Below the pieces are notes generated by a model, which saw nothing but the letters and a program-made list of their open reading frames with translations, ran no database searches and was not told the DNA's origin. A stretch of 28,444 bases of DNA. Source: Burkholderiales bacterium (GTDB lineage: Bacteria > Pseudomonadota > Gammaproteobacteria > Burkholderiales > Usitatibacteraceae). How positions within the stretch are numbered: the first letter of the stretch is position 1; every line of letters starts with the position of its first letter. This document shows positions 1-9,911 of this stretch, one piece after another. The position numbers and the translations under genes were made by a program. The DNA lies in contig JAYTBF010000043.1 of NCBI GenBank assembly GCA_043737175.1, positions 1-28,444 on the forward strand, read 5' to 3'.

Positions 1-1185
1 CAACACCTGAAACTCCTCGGCAATGTGATCACCTTTGAGCGTGACCGCCTTTTCGCCATCGATATACACGGGTGCCACCGGTCGCTCGCCGGAACCCGGC
101 AGAGAAATACCGATGTTCGCCAATTTTGATTCGCCCGGGCCATTAACAACGCAACCCATCACGGCAACATGCATTTCTTCCACGCCGGGGTATTGGTTTT
201 TCCAGACCAGCATTTGGTCGCGCAAATAGGTCTGGATTTTATCGGCGAGCACCTGAAAATAAGTACTGGTGGTGCGCCCGCAACCCGGACACGCCACCAC
301 CATCGGCGTGAATGCCCGTAACCCCATGGTCTGCAAAATCTCCTGCGCAACAATCACCTCGCGGCTGCGATCACCGCCCGGTTCGGGCGTTAATGAAATG
401 CGAATGGTGTCGCCGATGCCTTCCTGAAGCAACACCGCCAGCGCGGCAGTCGAGGCGACAATTCCCTTGGAACCCATGCCAGCTTCGGTTAATCCCAAAT
501 GCAGCGGGTAATCACAACGTTTGGCCAAATCACGGTAAACCGCAATCAAATCCTGCACCGCACTGACTTTGCACGATAAGGTAATTTTATCGCCGGCCAA
601 ACCAAGCTCTTCCGCCTTGGCGGCACTTTCCAGTGCCGACACAATCAACGCTTCGCGCATCACCGCATCGGCCTCTTTGGGCTGCGGCAGGGCGGCGTTT
701 TCGTCCATCATGCGCGCGATCAACTCGGGATCGAGTGAACCCCAATTCACACCAATACGAACCGGTTTGTTAAATTTGATCGCCGCTTGAATCATCGCGC
801 CAAATTGATCATCGCGTTTGCTGCCGTGGCCGACGTTGCCGGGATTGATGCGTAACTTGGCCAACGCTTCGGCACAGGCCGGCACTTCGGTCAATAACTT
901 GTGGCCATTAAAATGAAAGTCGCCGATTAACGGTGTATTCACCCCCATCGCATCCAACTGTGCGCGAATTTGCGGCACGGCCCGGGCGGCGGCCAGGGTA
1001 TTAACGGTAATGCGCACCACCTCGGATCCGGCTCGCGCCAATGACGCGACCTGGGCCACGGTGGCAGCGATGTCCTCGGTGTCGGTATTGGTCATGGATT
1101 GCACCATGATTGGCGCACCACCACCGACCAACACATGACCTATTTTGACTTGCCGTGAAACACGGCGCGGGAGATTAGTCATCAT
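1..1185 (-). CDS. ispG: (E)-4-hydroxy-3-methylbut-2-enyl-diphosphate synthase, 3' end runs off the window
   Basis: Not in the ORF track (no stop in window). Manual translation from ATG at 1185: [36 protein letters not shown]...[10 protein letters not shown]...RINPGNVG...[10 protein letters not shown]...HLGLTEAG...ACPGCGRT...[12 protein letters not shown]. These are IspG motifs including the 4Fe-4S cysteines. Frame is open to base 1. Confidence 0.97.
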   Translation of the reverse strand, partial: MMTNLPRRVSRQVKIGHVLVGGGAPIMVQSMTNTDTEDIAATVAQVASLARAGSEVVRITVNTLAAARAVPQIRAQLDAMGVNTPLIGDFHFNGHKLLTEVPACAEALAKLRINPGNVGHGSKRDDQFGAMIQAAIKFNKPVRIGVNWGSLDPELIARMMDENAALPQPKEADAVMREALIVSALESAAKAEELGLAGDKITLSCKVSAVQDLIAVYRDLAKRCDYPLHLGLTEAGMGSKGIVASTAALAVLLQEGIGDTIRISLTPEPGGDRSREVIVAQEILQTMGLRAFTPMVVACPGCGRTTSTYFQVLADKIQTYLRDQMLVWKNQYPGVEEMHVAVMGCVVNGPGESKLANIGISLPGSGERPVAPVYIDGEKAVTLKGDHIAEEFQVL

Positions 1186-1250
1186 GGAAATTTTCTAAGC
1201 TGAGCAAGGAAAAAAAACAACGAAGCAACTACGATGCGAATATTCGCGCT

Positions 1251-2315
1251 CTATTTGACCGTCACACGGGCAACGGTTCCATTGGCACGGGTGTGCGGGG
1301 CCAAATCAAATTCGCGACCGTTGTAGGCCATACGTGTGACCGACGAATTGCCCACAACAATCGAAAAGGGTCCGCGACCCGACACTTCATCAAAGTCACC
1401 CTGGTTGTAACGTCGCGACAGAATTGAGCGGCCGGTGCCGTCCAGCACTTCCACCCAGGACTGCCCGGAAAATGTAAAGCCAATCACGCCGGTATCACCC
1501 GCCGCGCGCACTGTTTTGGGCGCGATCACTGCGCCGGCAGCGGCAGCGGGACTGGCTGGGACAACAATCGGATCGGCGGCCTTTACCAGCGGCGGCTGGA
1601 CCGGCACGGTTGAACCGCCAGCGACAGCCGTTGCAGGTGCGCCCCCAACGGCTGCATCGGCGCCGGGTTTTGCTTCAGGCTCCGCGAGCGTGGGTTGTAA
1701 CACCACCTGTGGCTGGGTGGTTGCGACCACATCTACAGTTGGTGGACGTCCGCCCCCGGCAAGGTGTGGACGGACAAACGCCCACCAATACCAAATGGCG
1801 GCGGCCAGCAACAAGATGACCCCGGCAACGATGAATATTCTTGCCTTCGGTGTTGAAAATATTTCGGTTCTCGAATGCATTCGCAGCGGCGTCGCCGCTG
1901 TGGGTGCCACCACCTTGGTCGCGGCCACCGCCAAACCGTCTGCGTGGGTTCTTTCCAGCGTTGCCAAGGCATCGTCGATATTGATGCCCACCACCTTGGC
2001 GTAATTGCGAATAAAACCACGTAAAAATATGCCCTGCGGCAACACGGAATAATCGGCGCGCTCTATTGCATCAACTTGTTTAACGCCCATGCGCAGGCGA
2101 TTGGCAATTTCACCAACTGAAAATCCGGCGCTTTCGCGGGCGGCGCGCAGCAGTTCCCCGACTGATTCCGGCTCGTGTGGCACCGCTTCAGGATGGGTCA
2201 ACATAAAATTATTACCCATCACGGCATCGGCTGGCGGCGCGGTTTTAGAATCGCGGGAATCCACGCCGGGGTTCACCGGGTTCAACTTATCAGGCGTTTT
2301 CAAATGTGCTTGCAT
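1251..2315 (-). CDS. rodZ: Cytoskeleton protein RodZ (N-terminal HTH, TM helix, DUF4115 C-terminus)
   Basis: VGELLRAARE...IERADY...RGFIRNYAK HTH, one TM helix, Pro/Ala linker, SWVEVLD...GPFSIVVGN C-domain; lies between pilW and ispG. Confidence 0.9.
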   Translation of the reverse strand: MQAHLKTPDKLNPVNPGVDSRDSKTAPPADAVMGNNFMLTHPEAVPHEPESVGELLRAARESAGFSVGEIANRLRMGVKQVDAIERADYSVLPQGIFLRGFIRNYAKVVGINIDDALATLERTHADGLAVAATKVVAPTAATPLRMHSRTEIFSTPKARIFIVAGVILLLAAAIWYWWAFVRPHLAGGGRPPTVDVVATTQPQVVLQPTLAEPEAKPGADAAVGGAPATAVAGGSTVPVQPPLVKAADPIVVPASPAAAAGAVIAPKTVRAAGDTGVIGFTFSGQSWVEVLDGTGRSILSRRYNQGDFDEVSGRGPFSIVVGNSSVTRMAYNGREFDLAPHTRANGTVARVTVK

Positions 2316-2351
2316 GAATTTTGTCCGCGTTGGGTCTGTTTAGGCCAGAAA

Positions 2352-3137
2352 TTATCGGGTGGTTGCTTCGCGGGTTTGCGGCGCATCCGGGAAACGCCGC
2401 CGCAACTGGGACACATAACCGGCCTCACTGTTACGATCACCCATTGCGCGGGAAATTTTAGCGCCGAGCAACAGGCCGTTGGCGTCCGGCTCCCGCACCA
2501 TCGCGCTAAATCTTGCAAATTGTGCATCGGCTTCTTTATAACGCGTCTGCGAAAACGCTATATCGGCCAACTCGTACAACGCCGGCGCCAATTGCGGATC
2601 GCGCACCAATGCCGCACGCAAATTGGTTTCGGCCGTGGCGTTGTCACCAGCGCGCCGGGCGCAAACACCGGCATTGTAAAGCGCGCGCTCGGGTGTCGAG
2701 TACAAAGGATTGCGCAATGCCTTTGTGAAGTATGGCAACGCGCGTTTTGGATCCTGCCGTTCACAAATAAACCAACCGTAATTGTTGAGTGTGAAGGAGT
2801 CGTTCGGGGCAAGTCGGACCGCCCGCTCAAACGCCGCCTGCGCCTTTTCGTTGTCACGCAATTCCATATAGATCAGCGCCACCATGTTGTGCGCCGGCGC
2901 ATATTTTGCGTCCGCGGCTACCGCCTGTTGTGCCGCTTCCAATGAAGTTGCCAGGCGACCAAGCCGAAAATACTCGGCCGACCGTTCGGTATGAATTTGT
3001 GCGCGTTGTGTTGGCTCAACCTTGGTGGCCATATCCGCGGTCTTGGTTTCGGTGGTGGTGGTGGTCGAACAACCACTCATAAGCACCACGGTGCCCAACA
3101 ATACCGCCACAACCAATCCAACATTTACTCTATTCAT
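2352..3137 (-). CDS. pilW: Type IV pilus biogenesis/stability TPR lipoprotein PilW/PilF
   Basis: Lipobox LMSGC, TPR repeats, LNNYGWFIC and ALRNPLY motifs; conserved position after rlmN. Confidence 0.9.
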   Translation of the reverse strand: MNRVNVGLVVAVLLGTVVLMSGCSTTTTTETKTADMATKVEPTQRAQIHTERSAEYFRLGRLATSLEAAQQAVAADAKYAPAHNMVALIYMELRDNEKAQAAFERAVRLAPNDSFTLNNYGWFICERQDPKRALPYFTKALRNPLYSTPERALYNAGVCARRAGDNATAETNLRAALVRDPQLAPALYELADIAFSQTRYKEADAQFARFSAMVREPDANGLLLGAKISRAMGDRNSEAGYVSQLRRRFPDAPQTREATTR

Positions 3138-3179
3138 ATCGGTCTCCTCGGGAATTGCGTCGGTTTGATCACAATGATG

Positions 3180-4292
3180 TCACGTGGTCGCACGGATGGC
3201 GATGGTTTTGGTTCGCTGTGATTTGTCGACTACCTGCCCGGCCAACTGTCCACAGGCCGCATCAATATCATCACCGCGTGTTTTACGGATGGTGACGATC
3301 AATCCCGCCTCTTGTAATACCTTGCGAAAGCGGTGAATGGCGTTGTTACTGGAGCGCGCATACGGCGCGTTCGGGAACGGATTCCACGGAATCAAATTAA
3401 TCTTGCACTCGATTTGATCGACCAGTGCAACCAACTCATGGGCTTGTTGCACCGAGTCGTTGACCCCATCCAACATCACATATTCGAAGGTGACAAAATC
3501 GCGCGGCGCCGCCGTCAAATAATCCTTGATGGTTTCGAATAATTCGGCGAGCGGATATTTTTGATTAATCGGCACCAGCACATCACGCAACGCATCATTC
3601 GGTGCGTGCAGCGAGACTGCGAGTGCCACTGGGCAGCGATCTTTCAAGCGTTTCAGATTCGGCACAATACCGGACGTTGACAAGGTCACGCGGCGGCGCG
3701 ACAGGCCATAAGCGTGATCATCGAGCATGATGTCCATGGCATTGGTGACCGGGTCAAAATTGGCCAGTGGTTCACCCATGCCCATCATCACCACATTGCT
3801 GACAATACGTTCATTTTTGGGGTTGTAGCCCATCGCTTTATTGGCCCACCACAACTGGCCGATGATTTCGGCAGCGGATAGGTTGCGATTAAAGCCTTGT
3901 TTGCCGGTGGAACAGAAGGTGCAATCGAGTGCACAACCGACCTGTGATGACACACACAAGGTGCCACGATCGTCTTCGGGAATAAAAACAACTTCGATGC
4001 CGTTGCCGGTACCAACATCCAGCAACCATTTGCGCGTGCCGTCTTTTGACGCCTGTTCGGTCATCAGCTTGGGCGCGGCAATCACCGCCACCCCGGGCAA
4101 CTTTTCGCGCAGTGACTTCGCCAGATCCGTCATGGCGTCGAATTGATCAACTCCAAAATGATGAATCCAGCGAAATACCTGCTTGGCGCGAAACGGCTTT
4201 TCCCCCATATCGGCAAAAAACGTCGTCATCTCTGGCAAAGTCATGCCCATCAGATTCGGTTTGTTGCCCAATACGCTTTGAGGAACTGCCAT
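3180..4292 (-). CDS. rlmN: 23S rRNA m2A2503 / tRNA m2A37 radical SAM methyltransferase
   Basis: [13 protein letters not shown] (CxxxCxxC), [14 protein letters not shown]. Confidence 0.97.
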   Translation of the reverse strand: MAVPQSVLGNKPNLMGMTLPEMTTFFADMGEKPFRAKQVFRWIHHFGVDQFDAMTDLAKSLREKLPGVAVIAAPKLMTEQASKDGTRKWLLDVGTGNGIEVVFIPEDDRGTLCVSSQVGCALDCTFCSTGKQGFNRNLSAAEIIGQLWWANKAMGYNPKNERIVSNVVMMGMGEPLANFDPVTNAMDIMLDDHAYGLSRRRVTLSTSGIVPNLKRLKDRCPVALAVSLHAPNDALRDVLVPINQKYPLAELFETIKDYLTAAPRDFVTFEYVMLDGVNDSVQQAHELVALVDQIECKINLIPWNPFPNAPYARSSNNAIHRFRKVLQEAGLIVTIRKTRGDDIDAACGQLAGQVVDKSQRTKTIAIRATT

Positions 4293-4302
4293 CTTTATTT
4301 TC

Positions 4303-4728
4303 TTAGCGGGAAACCACGTTCATGCCAGGAAAGAAGAAACCGATTTCCTGTTTGGCCGTTTCCGGGCTATCCGAGCCATGCACCGAATTGGCGTCGATCG
4401 AATCAGCAAAATCGGCGCGAATCGTACCAGCGGCCGCCTTTTTCGGGTCGGTGGCACCCATCAGATCACGATTGGTGGCAATGGCGTTTTCGCCTTCGAG
4501 CACTTGCACCATGACCGGACCGGAAACCATAAATGCAACCAAGTCCTTGAAAAACGGGCGCTCACGGTGAACACCGTAAAACTCTTCGGCATTTTTTTGC
4601 GACATATGCAGCATCCGTGCTGCGATAATTTTTAATCCAGCGCCTTCAAAGCGGGCGTAAATTTGGCCGATCACGTTCTTGGCGACTGCGTCTGTCTTGA
4701 TGATGGAAATGGTGCGTTCGACTGCCAT
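4303..4728 (-). CDS. ndk: Nucleoside diphosphate kinase
   Basis: [27 protein letters not shown] with the phospho-His; 141 aa. Confidence 0.97.
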   Translation of the reverse strand: MAVERTISIIKTDAVAKNVIGQIYARFEGAGLKIIAARMLHMSQKNAEEFYGVHRERPFFKDLVAFMVSGPVMVQVLEGENAIATNRDLMGATDPKKAAAGTIRADFADSIDANSVHGSDSPETAKQEIGFFFPGMNVVSR

Positions 4729-4820
4729 TTGAAACTCCGTAAATGTTTGATAAAAAATTGTAATAAGTTGGCTAAGTCGATGATTTTTTTAGAAAAAAGT
4801 CATCCAAAACCGAGCCGTTG

Positions 4821-4829
4821 ATTATATCA
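4821..4829 (-). promoter_or_regulatory. Candidate extended -10 sigma70 promoter for the ndk-rlmN-pilW-rodZ-ispG run
   Basis: Minus strand reads TGaTATAAT (perfect TGn + TATAAT) about 90 nt upstream of the ndk ATG; no clear -35. Confidence 0.5.
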
Positions 4830-4948
4830 CGCAGCGTCATATGGCGGTGGACTGATTGAGCCGGTTGGCTGATCAGTCGGCCGTCGTTTACAAATTCATG
4901 GCGCGGGCCCAGCCCGCGCAGCCATAGGTGTCGCCCGCCTGGCGGAAG

Positions 4949-5959
4949 TTATTTCAGCGGCGGCGGCGTTTTGATTTCAAAACTCAGCTGGTCAACTTTG
5001 CGCCGAATGACAAAATCGTGACCGCCGGCAAAATGTGGCTTGTCGGTCGGACTGGCACGAAATAGTTGCCGCGCCCACTCTTCGATCTGAGTCTGTGACG
5101 GCGTGCTGGCGTGGTGCCACTTCAGCCAGTGGTACAGGGCATTACATTGACGGACCAATCCAAGGTCGTCCAATAAACCGACTTCGGCAAGTTGTCCATC
5201 CCATCGCAAATCGATTCTGGCCAAATCCTCCAGCATTTGCGAACTGTCGGCGGCGTGTTTGGCGCTGCGCGTGAGTGACCCGACATAGTGCGGGAAACGG
5301 CTCGCGATCAAAGGGGTCAATTCATGGCGAATAAAATTTCGCATATAGATGGTGTCGGCATTGGATTCGTCATGGATCCACTCCAGCTTATGGGTAATCG
5401 CGTAAGCTTCAATTTCGGCGCGCGACACGTTCAGAAAGGGGCGCAGCAATTGTTGGCCATCATTGAGTCTTCGAACCGCACCCATCGCCGCCAATCCTGC
5501 CAGCCCGGTGCCACGCAGCAATTGATGGAGAACAGTCTCGGCCTGATCGTCGGCGTGTTGCCCAAGCAGAATAAAAGGCGCGCCATCGACTTGCAAGACG
5601 GCATAACGTGCCCGTCGGGCGGCACCTTCGACGCCCAGACCATCGGTGTGGTCACGACTGATGTTGACCCGCACAATAGTCAGCTTGATATGGCGTTGAT
5701 CACATTGGCGCTGGCAAAATTCAGCCCAAGCATCAGCGTCGCTACTCAGCCCATGATGAACATGCAGGGCCCGCAACTCGAAATTGCCCATCACATTGCC
5801 GGGTGTTGCCGTGGTGGCCCGCCAAAACCGATGTACAGCGTCGAGTAACACCATCGAATCGACGCCGCCAGATAAGGCTATTAAAACTGCCGACGTGCCA
5901 TCGCGGCCACGGCGCGCCGCGAGCAATGTTTCGGCGATCGTTTGATCAAGCAAAAGCAC
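4949..5959 (-). CDS. tilS: tRNA(Ile)-lysidine synthetase (short, 336 aa form)
   Basis: SGGVDS PP-loop, HVHHGL, EGAARRARY, QHADDQAET, DESN, RNFIR; directly downstream of accA; GTG start. Confidence 0.93.
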   Translation of the reverse strand: MLLLDQTIAETLLAARRGRDGTSAVLIALSGGVDSMVLLDAVHRFWRATTATPGNVMGNFELRALHVHHGLSSDADAWAEFCQRQCDQRHIKLTIVRVNISRDHTDGLGVEGAARRARYAVLQVDGAPFILLGQHADDQAETVLHQLLRGTGLAGLAAMGAVRRLNDGQQLLRPFLNVSRAEIEAYAITHKLEWIHDESNADTIYMRNFIRHELTPLIASRFPHYVGSLTRSAKHAADSSQMLEDLARIDLRWDGQLAEVGLLDDLGLVRQCNALYHWLKWHHASTPSQTQIEEWARQLFRASPTDKPHFAGGHDFVIRRKVDQLSFEIKTPPPLK

Positions 5960-5992
5960 GAAGGTTGACCATTTGTTCCGGCCGCGCGCGGA

Positions 5993-6976
5993 TTATTCGG
6001 ATAACTCTTTAAATTTGCCAAGCTGCAACAATTTGGCCTGCCGTTGCTGCACCAATTTATCCGGCGATAAATCCTTCAGCTCCTTGAGTGCTTCCGCAAT
6101 CGCCTTTTTTACGGTGGCAGCCATCGCCTTATGGTCACGATGCGCGCCGCCCAAGGGCTCACTCAATATTTTGTCGATCAATCCGAGCGCCTTTAATTTC
6201 GGCGCGGTAATGTTTAACGCTTCTGCCGCCTCCGACGCCTTGGCCGCGTCTTTCCACAAAATGGCCGCGCAGCCTTCCGGCGAAATCACCGAGTAGGTGC
6301 TGTATTGCAACATAAAAGTCACGTCGCCGACGGCAATCGCCAGCGCACCGCCCGATCCACCCTCACCGATGACCGTACAAACCACCGGCACCTTTAGACC
6401 TGCCAATACATATAAATTTTGGCCGATGGCTTCCGATTGCCCGCGCTCCTCGGCACCGACACCGGGATAGGCACCGGGTGTGTCGATAAAGGTAATTAAT
6501 GGCACAGCAAACTTTTCCGCCAACTTCATCAGCCGTAATGCTTTGCGATAACCCTCCGGGCGTGGCATACCAAAATTCCGATACTGCCGGTCTTTGGTGT
6601 CGCGGCCTTTTTGATGACCAATCACCATTACCGATTGACCGTTAAAACGCGCCAATCCGCCGACAATGGCGGCGTCGTCGGAATAACTGCGATCACCATG
6701 CAACTCCTCAAAATCGGTCATCAATAACTTGATGTAATCGAGGGTATAGGGCCGCTGTGGATGGCGGGCCACTTGTGAAATTTGCCAGGCGTTGAGCTTG
6801 CCGTAAATATCTTTGGTCAGCGACTGACTCTTTTTCGACAGCTTGTCGATTTCCGCGGAGATGTCCACGGCGGAATCGTCCTGCACATAGCGCAGCTCTT
6901 CGATCTTGGTCTCAAGCTCGGCGACCGGCTGTTCAAATTCGAGAAACGTCAATTTTGGTGGTGTCGAGGCGGTCAT
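5993..6976 (-). CDS. accA: Acetyl-CoA carboxylase carboxyltransferase alpha subunit
   Basis: [47 protein letters not shown]. Start moved from track 7027 to ATG 6976 ([16 protein letters not shown]), which fits the family N-terminus. Confidence 0.97.
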   Translation of the reverse strand: MTASTPPKLTFLEFEQPVAELETKIEELRYVQDDSAVDISAEIDKLSKKSQSLTKDIYGKLNAWQISQVARHPQRPYTLDYIKLLMTDFEELHGDRSYSDDAAIVGGLARFNGQSVMVIGHQKGRDTKDRQYRNFGMPRPEGYRKALRLMKLAEKFAVPLITFIDTPGAYPGVGAEERGQSEAIGQNLYVLAGLKVPVVCTVIGEGGSGGALAIAVGDVTFMLQYSTYSVISPEGCAAILWKDAAKASEAAEALNITAPKLKALGLIDKILSEPLGGAHRDHKAMAATVKKAIAEALKELKDLSPDKLVQQRQAKLLQLGKFKELSE

Positions 6977-7017
6977 TGGTGGGAATTTTATCTGTCTATG
7001 CCAAAGGCCAAGATCGC

Positions 7018-7026
7018 ATGATACCA
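7018..7026 (-). promoter_or_regulatory. Candidate extended -10 promoter for accA-tilS
   Basis: Minus strand TGgTATCAT about 40 nt upstream of the accA ATG. Confidence 0.35.
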
Positions 7027-7223
7027 ACTTCGCTCGATATAATCGGTTTTACGGGGTTTTGCAAAACCCCTTGACCACCTCAGCGTGAATCTACACAACA
7101 TCCGTACAGCGGGTTCGATGCAGGCAAGTCGCAGCAATTTTGGCTTTATTGCAGCTATTTGTAATGATCTCCCGTCTAACTTGCCCGCCAATCCCACTTA
7201 TTACCCTCACCACCTTCCCCACC

Positions 7224-7781
7224 ATGGCCAATCGACTTTCAAAAATTACCACCCGCACCGGCGATGATGGCAGCACCGGCCTCGGTGACGGTTCGCGGGT
7301 TAAAAAATCGCATCAGCGCATCGCCGCATTGGGCGAGGTCGATGAATTGAGTTGTTTTATTGGCGTGTTGTCCACTGCCAACATCGCCGACCAGCACCGG
7401 CAGATGTTGGTGAACGTCCAAAACGCCCTGTTTGATCTGGGCGGCGAATTGTCGATCCCGACTTTTCGAGCGGTGACTGAAAAACATATCCTTTTCCTGG
7501 ATGGGTTGATTGACGACCTGAATACCAGCCTGCCGCCGCTCAAGGAATTTATTTTGCCGGGCGGATCGGTGGCGGCAGCACATTGCCATGTTGCGCGGGC
7601 GGTGGCGCGCCGCGCGGAACGCAGTGTCGTGAGCCTGAGTGAAAGTGAAGACGTGTCGGCTTTCGCCATACAATATCTCAACCGTTTGTCAGACCTACTG
7701 TTTATTCTGGCGCGCGTCATCAACCGTGACCAGGCTGTCAGTGATGTCTGCTGGACACGTGACGACAAGCCATCCCAATAA
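7224..7781 (+). CDS. PduO-type ATP:cob(I)alamin adenosyltransferase
   Basis: SKITTRTGDDGSTGLGDG, GEVDEL, QNALFDLGGEL, EFILPGG, RRAER, YLNRLSDLLFILAR. Start moved to ATG 7224 (MANRLSKI). Confidence 0.93.
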   Translation: MANRLSKITTRTGDDGSTGLGDGSRVKKSHQRIAALGEVDELSCFIGVLSTANIADQHRQMLVNVQNALFDLGGELSIPTFRAVTEKHILFLDGLIDDLNTSLPPLKEFILPGGSVAAAHCHVARAVARRAERSVVSLSESEDVSAFAIQYLNRLSDLLFILARVINRDQAVSDVCWTRDDKPSQ

Positions 7782-7794
7782 AACGATAGATCAA

Positions 7795-8376
7795 ATGATC
7801 CCTACCCCGTCCAACGATCACCTCGCCACCCTGCTTGCCCGCGCCGGTTTGGGCGATCGTCAGGCCTTCAACGATCTATATGAAGCGAGCAAATCGAAAC
7901 TGTTTGGCGTCTCGCTACGTATAGTTCGTGAGCGGCATATTGCCGAAGAAGTATTACAGGATAGTTTTGTGAAAATTTGGCACCACGCCGCCGATTATGC
8001 AGTCGCCAAATCCGCGCCGATGACGTGGATGACCGCTATTGTGCGCAATCGCAGCCTCGACATCGTGCGCCGACCGGTACACGAAATTGCCGATGAAAAT
8101 GATTATTTCGCGCTGAATATGCCTGACGACAGTCCGTCACCGGCTGAGCAACTCGCCAGCAAACGCGACCATGCGGAAATCGTGCGTTGTATGAAAGCAC
8201 TCGACGACGAACAAAATTCAGCGATTTTGTTGGCGTTTTTCCAGGGCCTGTCACACAGCGAAGTCGCCGACAAATTAAATAAACCACTCGGCACGGTCAA
8301 AACCCATATTCGGCGCGGTTTGCTCAAACTCAAGGATTGTCTGGAAGGGCAAGTCAATGCAGGAGCGGGGGCATGA
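7795..8376 (+). CDS. ECF sigma factor, SigK-like
   Basis: GDRQAFNDLY...AEEVLQDSFVKIW...TWMTAIVRNRSLD (region 2) and GLSHSEVA...PLGTVKTHIRRGL (region 4). Start moved to ATG 7795, just after the upstream stop. Confidence 0.92.
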   Translation: MIPTPSNDHLATLLARAGLGDRQAFNDLYEASKSKLFGVSLRIVRERHIAEEVLQDSFVKIWHHAADYAVAKSAPMTWMTAIVRNRSLDIVRRPVHEIADENDYFALNMPDDSPSPAEQLASKRDHAEIVRCMKALDDEQNSAILLAFFQGLSHSEVADKLNKPLGTVKTHIRRGLLKLKDCLEGQVNAGAGA

Positions 8377-9143
8377 GACTCGACCATCCTGAATTGCAAA
8401 GTCGGCTCGCCGCCGAATATGTACTCGGCACCATGCAGGGCGGCGCACGGCGGCGCTTCGAAGAATACCTGCGGGACAGTCAATCATTGCGTACAGCGGT
8501 ATCACAATGGGAAATCCGCCTGATGCCGATGGCCGACCAGATTCCGTCGGTCACGCCGCCGGACCGGGTGTGGCAAAAAATTATTGGCCGTGTGCATGGA
8601 AACCAAACACCAGCATTGGCGGGCATCAACAAGCAAAATGCCGCCAATCGCCCCACTGGCTGGCGACTTTTTGATAGCTTGATTTTCTGGCGCAATCTCG
8701 GCCTCAGCGCCTCCACATTGGTGGTGGTGCTCACTGTTGGCCTGTTTGCCGGCAACACCTGGCAGGCACACGATCCGATGATGACAGCGGTATTGGCAGA
8801 AGACGGTGTCGCACGTATGGTGGTTGAGCAACCCAAATCAGACTTGTTAATGGTCAAAATGGTCAAGCCATGGAAAACAGCATCCACCAACAGCCTGCAA
8901 CTTTGGGTGATGCCAAAAGACGGCCCGCCGCGCTCAATCGGCATCATCAATCAAGACGGTTCAACCAAAATACGCATGCAGGATTTGCCGAGCATGCTCG
9001 ATAACGGCTTGTCGTTTGCAGTGACCAAAGAACCAGTCGGCGGATCCCCGACCGGCCAACCAACCGGCATGGTGATATGCAAAGGTGTGATTGCCACCAT
9101 GCCACCGAAACCATCAAAACGCGCACCGGCACCGCTGATTTAA
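8373..9143 (+). CDS. RskA-type membrane anti-sigma factor
   Basis: ATGA overlap with the sigma stop; LAAEYVLG N-terminus, one TM helix, C-terminal LQLW...FAVTKEPVGGSPTGQPTG typical of RskA. Confidence 0.88.
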   Translation: MRLDHPELQSRLAAEYVLGTMQGGARRRFEEYLRDSQSLRTAVSQWEIRLMPMADQIPSVTPPDRVWQKIIGRVHGNQTPALAGINKQNAANRPTGWRLFDSLIFWRNLGLSASTLVVVLTVGLFAGNTWQAHDPMMTAVLAEDGVARMVVEQPKSDLLMVKMVKPWKTASTNSLQLWVMPKDGPPRSIGIINQDGSTKIRMQDLPSMLDNGLSFAVTKEPVGGSPTGQPTGMVICKGVIATMPPKPSKRAPAPLI

Positions 9144-9168
9144 GCGGCGACACTCGAAATTCCGCACC

Positions 9169-9903
9169 ATGACCCAGGCCGTTTTATTGGTGGATCAACT
9201 GAAACGCGAATTAAAGTCGCGCGGCATCACCTATGCCCAGCTTGCCAAATTGATCGGCATGTCCGAGGCCAGTGTCAAACGCATGTTTTCACAACGCAAT
9301 ATGACACTAGACCGGGTCGATGAAATTTTGGCGGCAACCGGCATTGAGTTCGCCGAATTAACCCATCACTTTGATCGCGAGCAACAACGGCTCGCCAAAA
9401 TGACCTATAAACAAGAAGAACAGGTGATCAACGACCCGCTGCTATTTTTGGTTGCGGTTTGTGCGCTCAACCTGATGAGCGCCGAAGAAGTGTTGGCGAC
9501 CTACTCGATCACCAAGGCCGAGCTGGTGGCGACACTGGTCCGACTCGATCATTTGGGTTTAATCGATTTATTGCCCAACAATCGATTCAAACTCAAAGTC
9601 GCCCGCACCTTTGCCTGGCTGCCCAACGGACCGATTATGCAGGCGTTTAAAAATAACGCCGCCGATTTTTTTGACAGTGAATTTGCCAACACCGGCGAAG
9701 CACTGTTGCTGTTGAACGCCCGGCTCACCCCTGCGTCGCGATTGGCGCTGGTGGATCGGCTCAAACGCGTAGCGCGGGAGTTTTCCGAGCACCAATTTGA
9801 AGAGGCCCACCTACCCACCGGCCAACGCGAGCCGGTGAGTTTGTTGATTGCCACGCGCAGTTGGCACCTCAAAGCAGTCGAACCATTTTTGCGGAAAAAA
9901 TAG
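9169..9903 (+). CDS. XRE-family HTH transcriptional regulator with long C-terminal domain
   Basis: LKRELKSRGITYAQLAKLIGMSEASVKRMFS HTH at the N-terminus; 244 aa. Confidence 0.82.
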   Translation: MTQAVLLVDQLKRELKSRGITYAQLAKLIGMSEASVKRMFSQRNMTLDRVDEILAATGIEFAELTHHFDREQQRLAKMTYKQEEQVINDPLLFLVAVCALNLMSAEEVLATYSITKAELVATLVRLDHLGLIDLLPNNRFKLKVARTFAWLPNGPIMQAFKNNAADFFDSEFANTGEALLLLNARLTPASRLALVDRLKRVAREFSEHQFEEAHLPTGQREPVSLLIATRSWHLKAVEPFLRKK

Positions 9904-9911
9904 AGGCCCTT

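Noticed and set aside
1229-1248. Palindrome GCGAATATTCGC between rodZ and ispG
   Set aside because: Short, single, and no known operator match; could be chance.
4863-4926. GC-rich palindromes downstream of tilS (GCGCGGGC-CCA-GCCCGCGC)
   Set aside because: No U tract on either strand and single occurrence; cannot be assigned as terminator or REP.
4949-5959. TilS as a truncated pseudogene
   Set aside because: All catalytic motifs are intact and short TilS forms lacking the last domain are known (for example Aquifex).
6977-7223. Cobalamin riboswitch ahead of the adenosyltransferase
   Set aside because: No B12-box-like GGGAA...GCCACTG signature found on either strand by eye.
7639-7794. Long N-terminal extension of the ECF sigma overlapping the adenosyltransferase
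   Set aside because: Longest-ORF artefact; ATG 7795 gives a normal-sized sigma. The same applies to the track starts of accA, the adenosyltransferase, anti-sigma, DUF3455 and cyclophilin.
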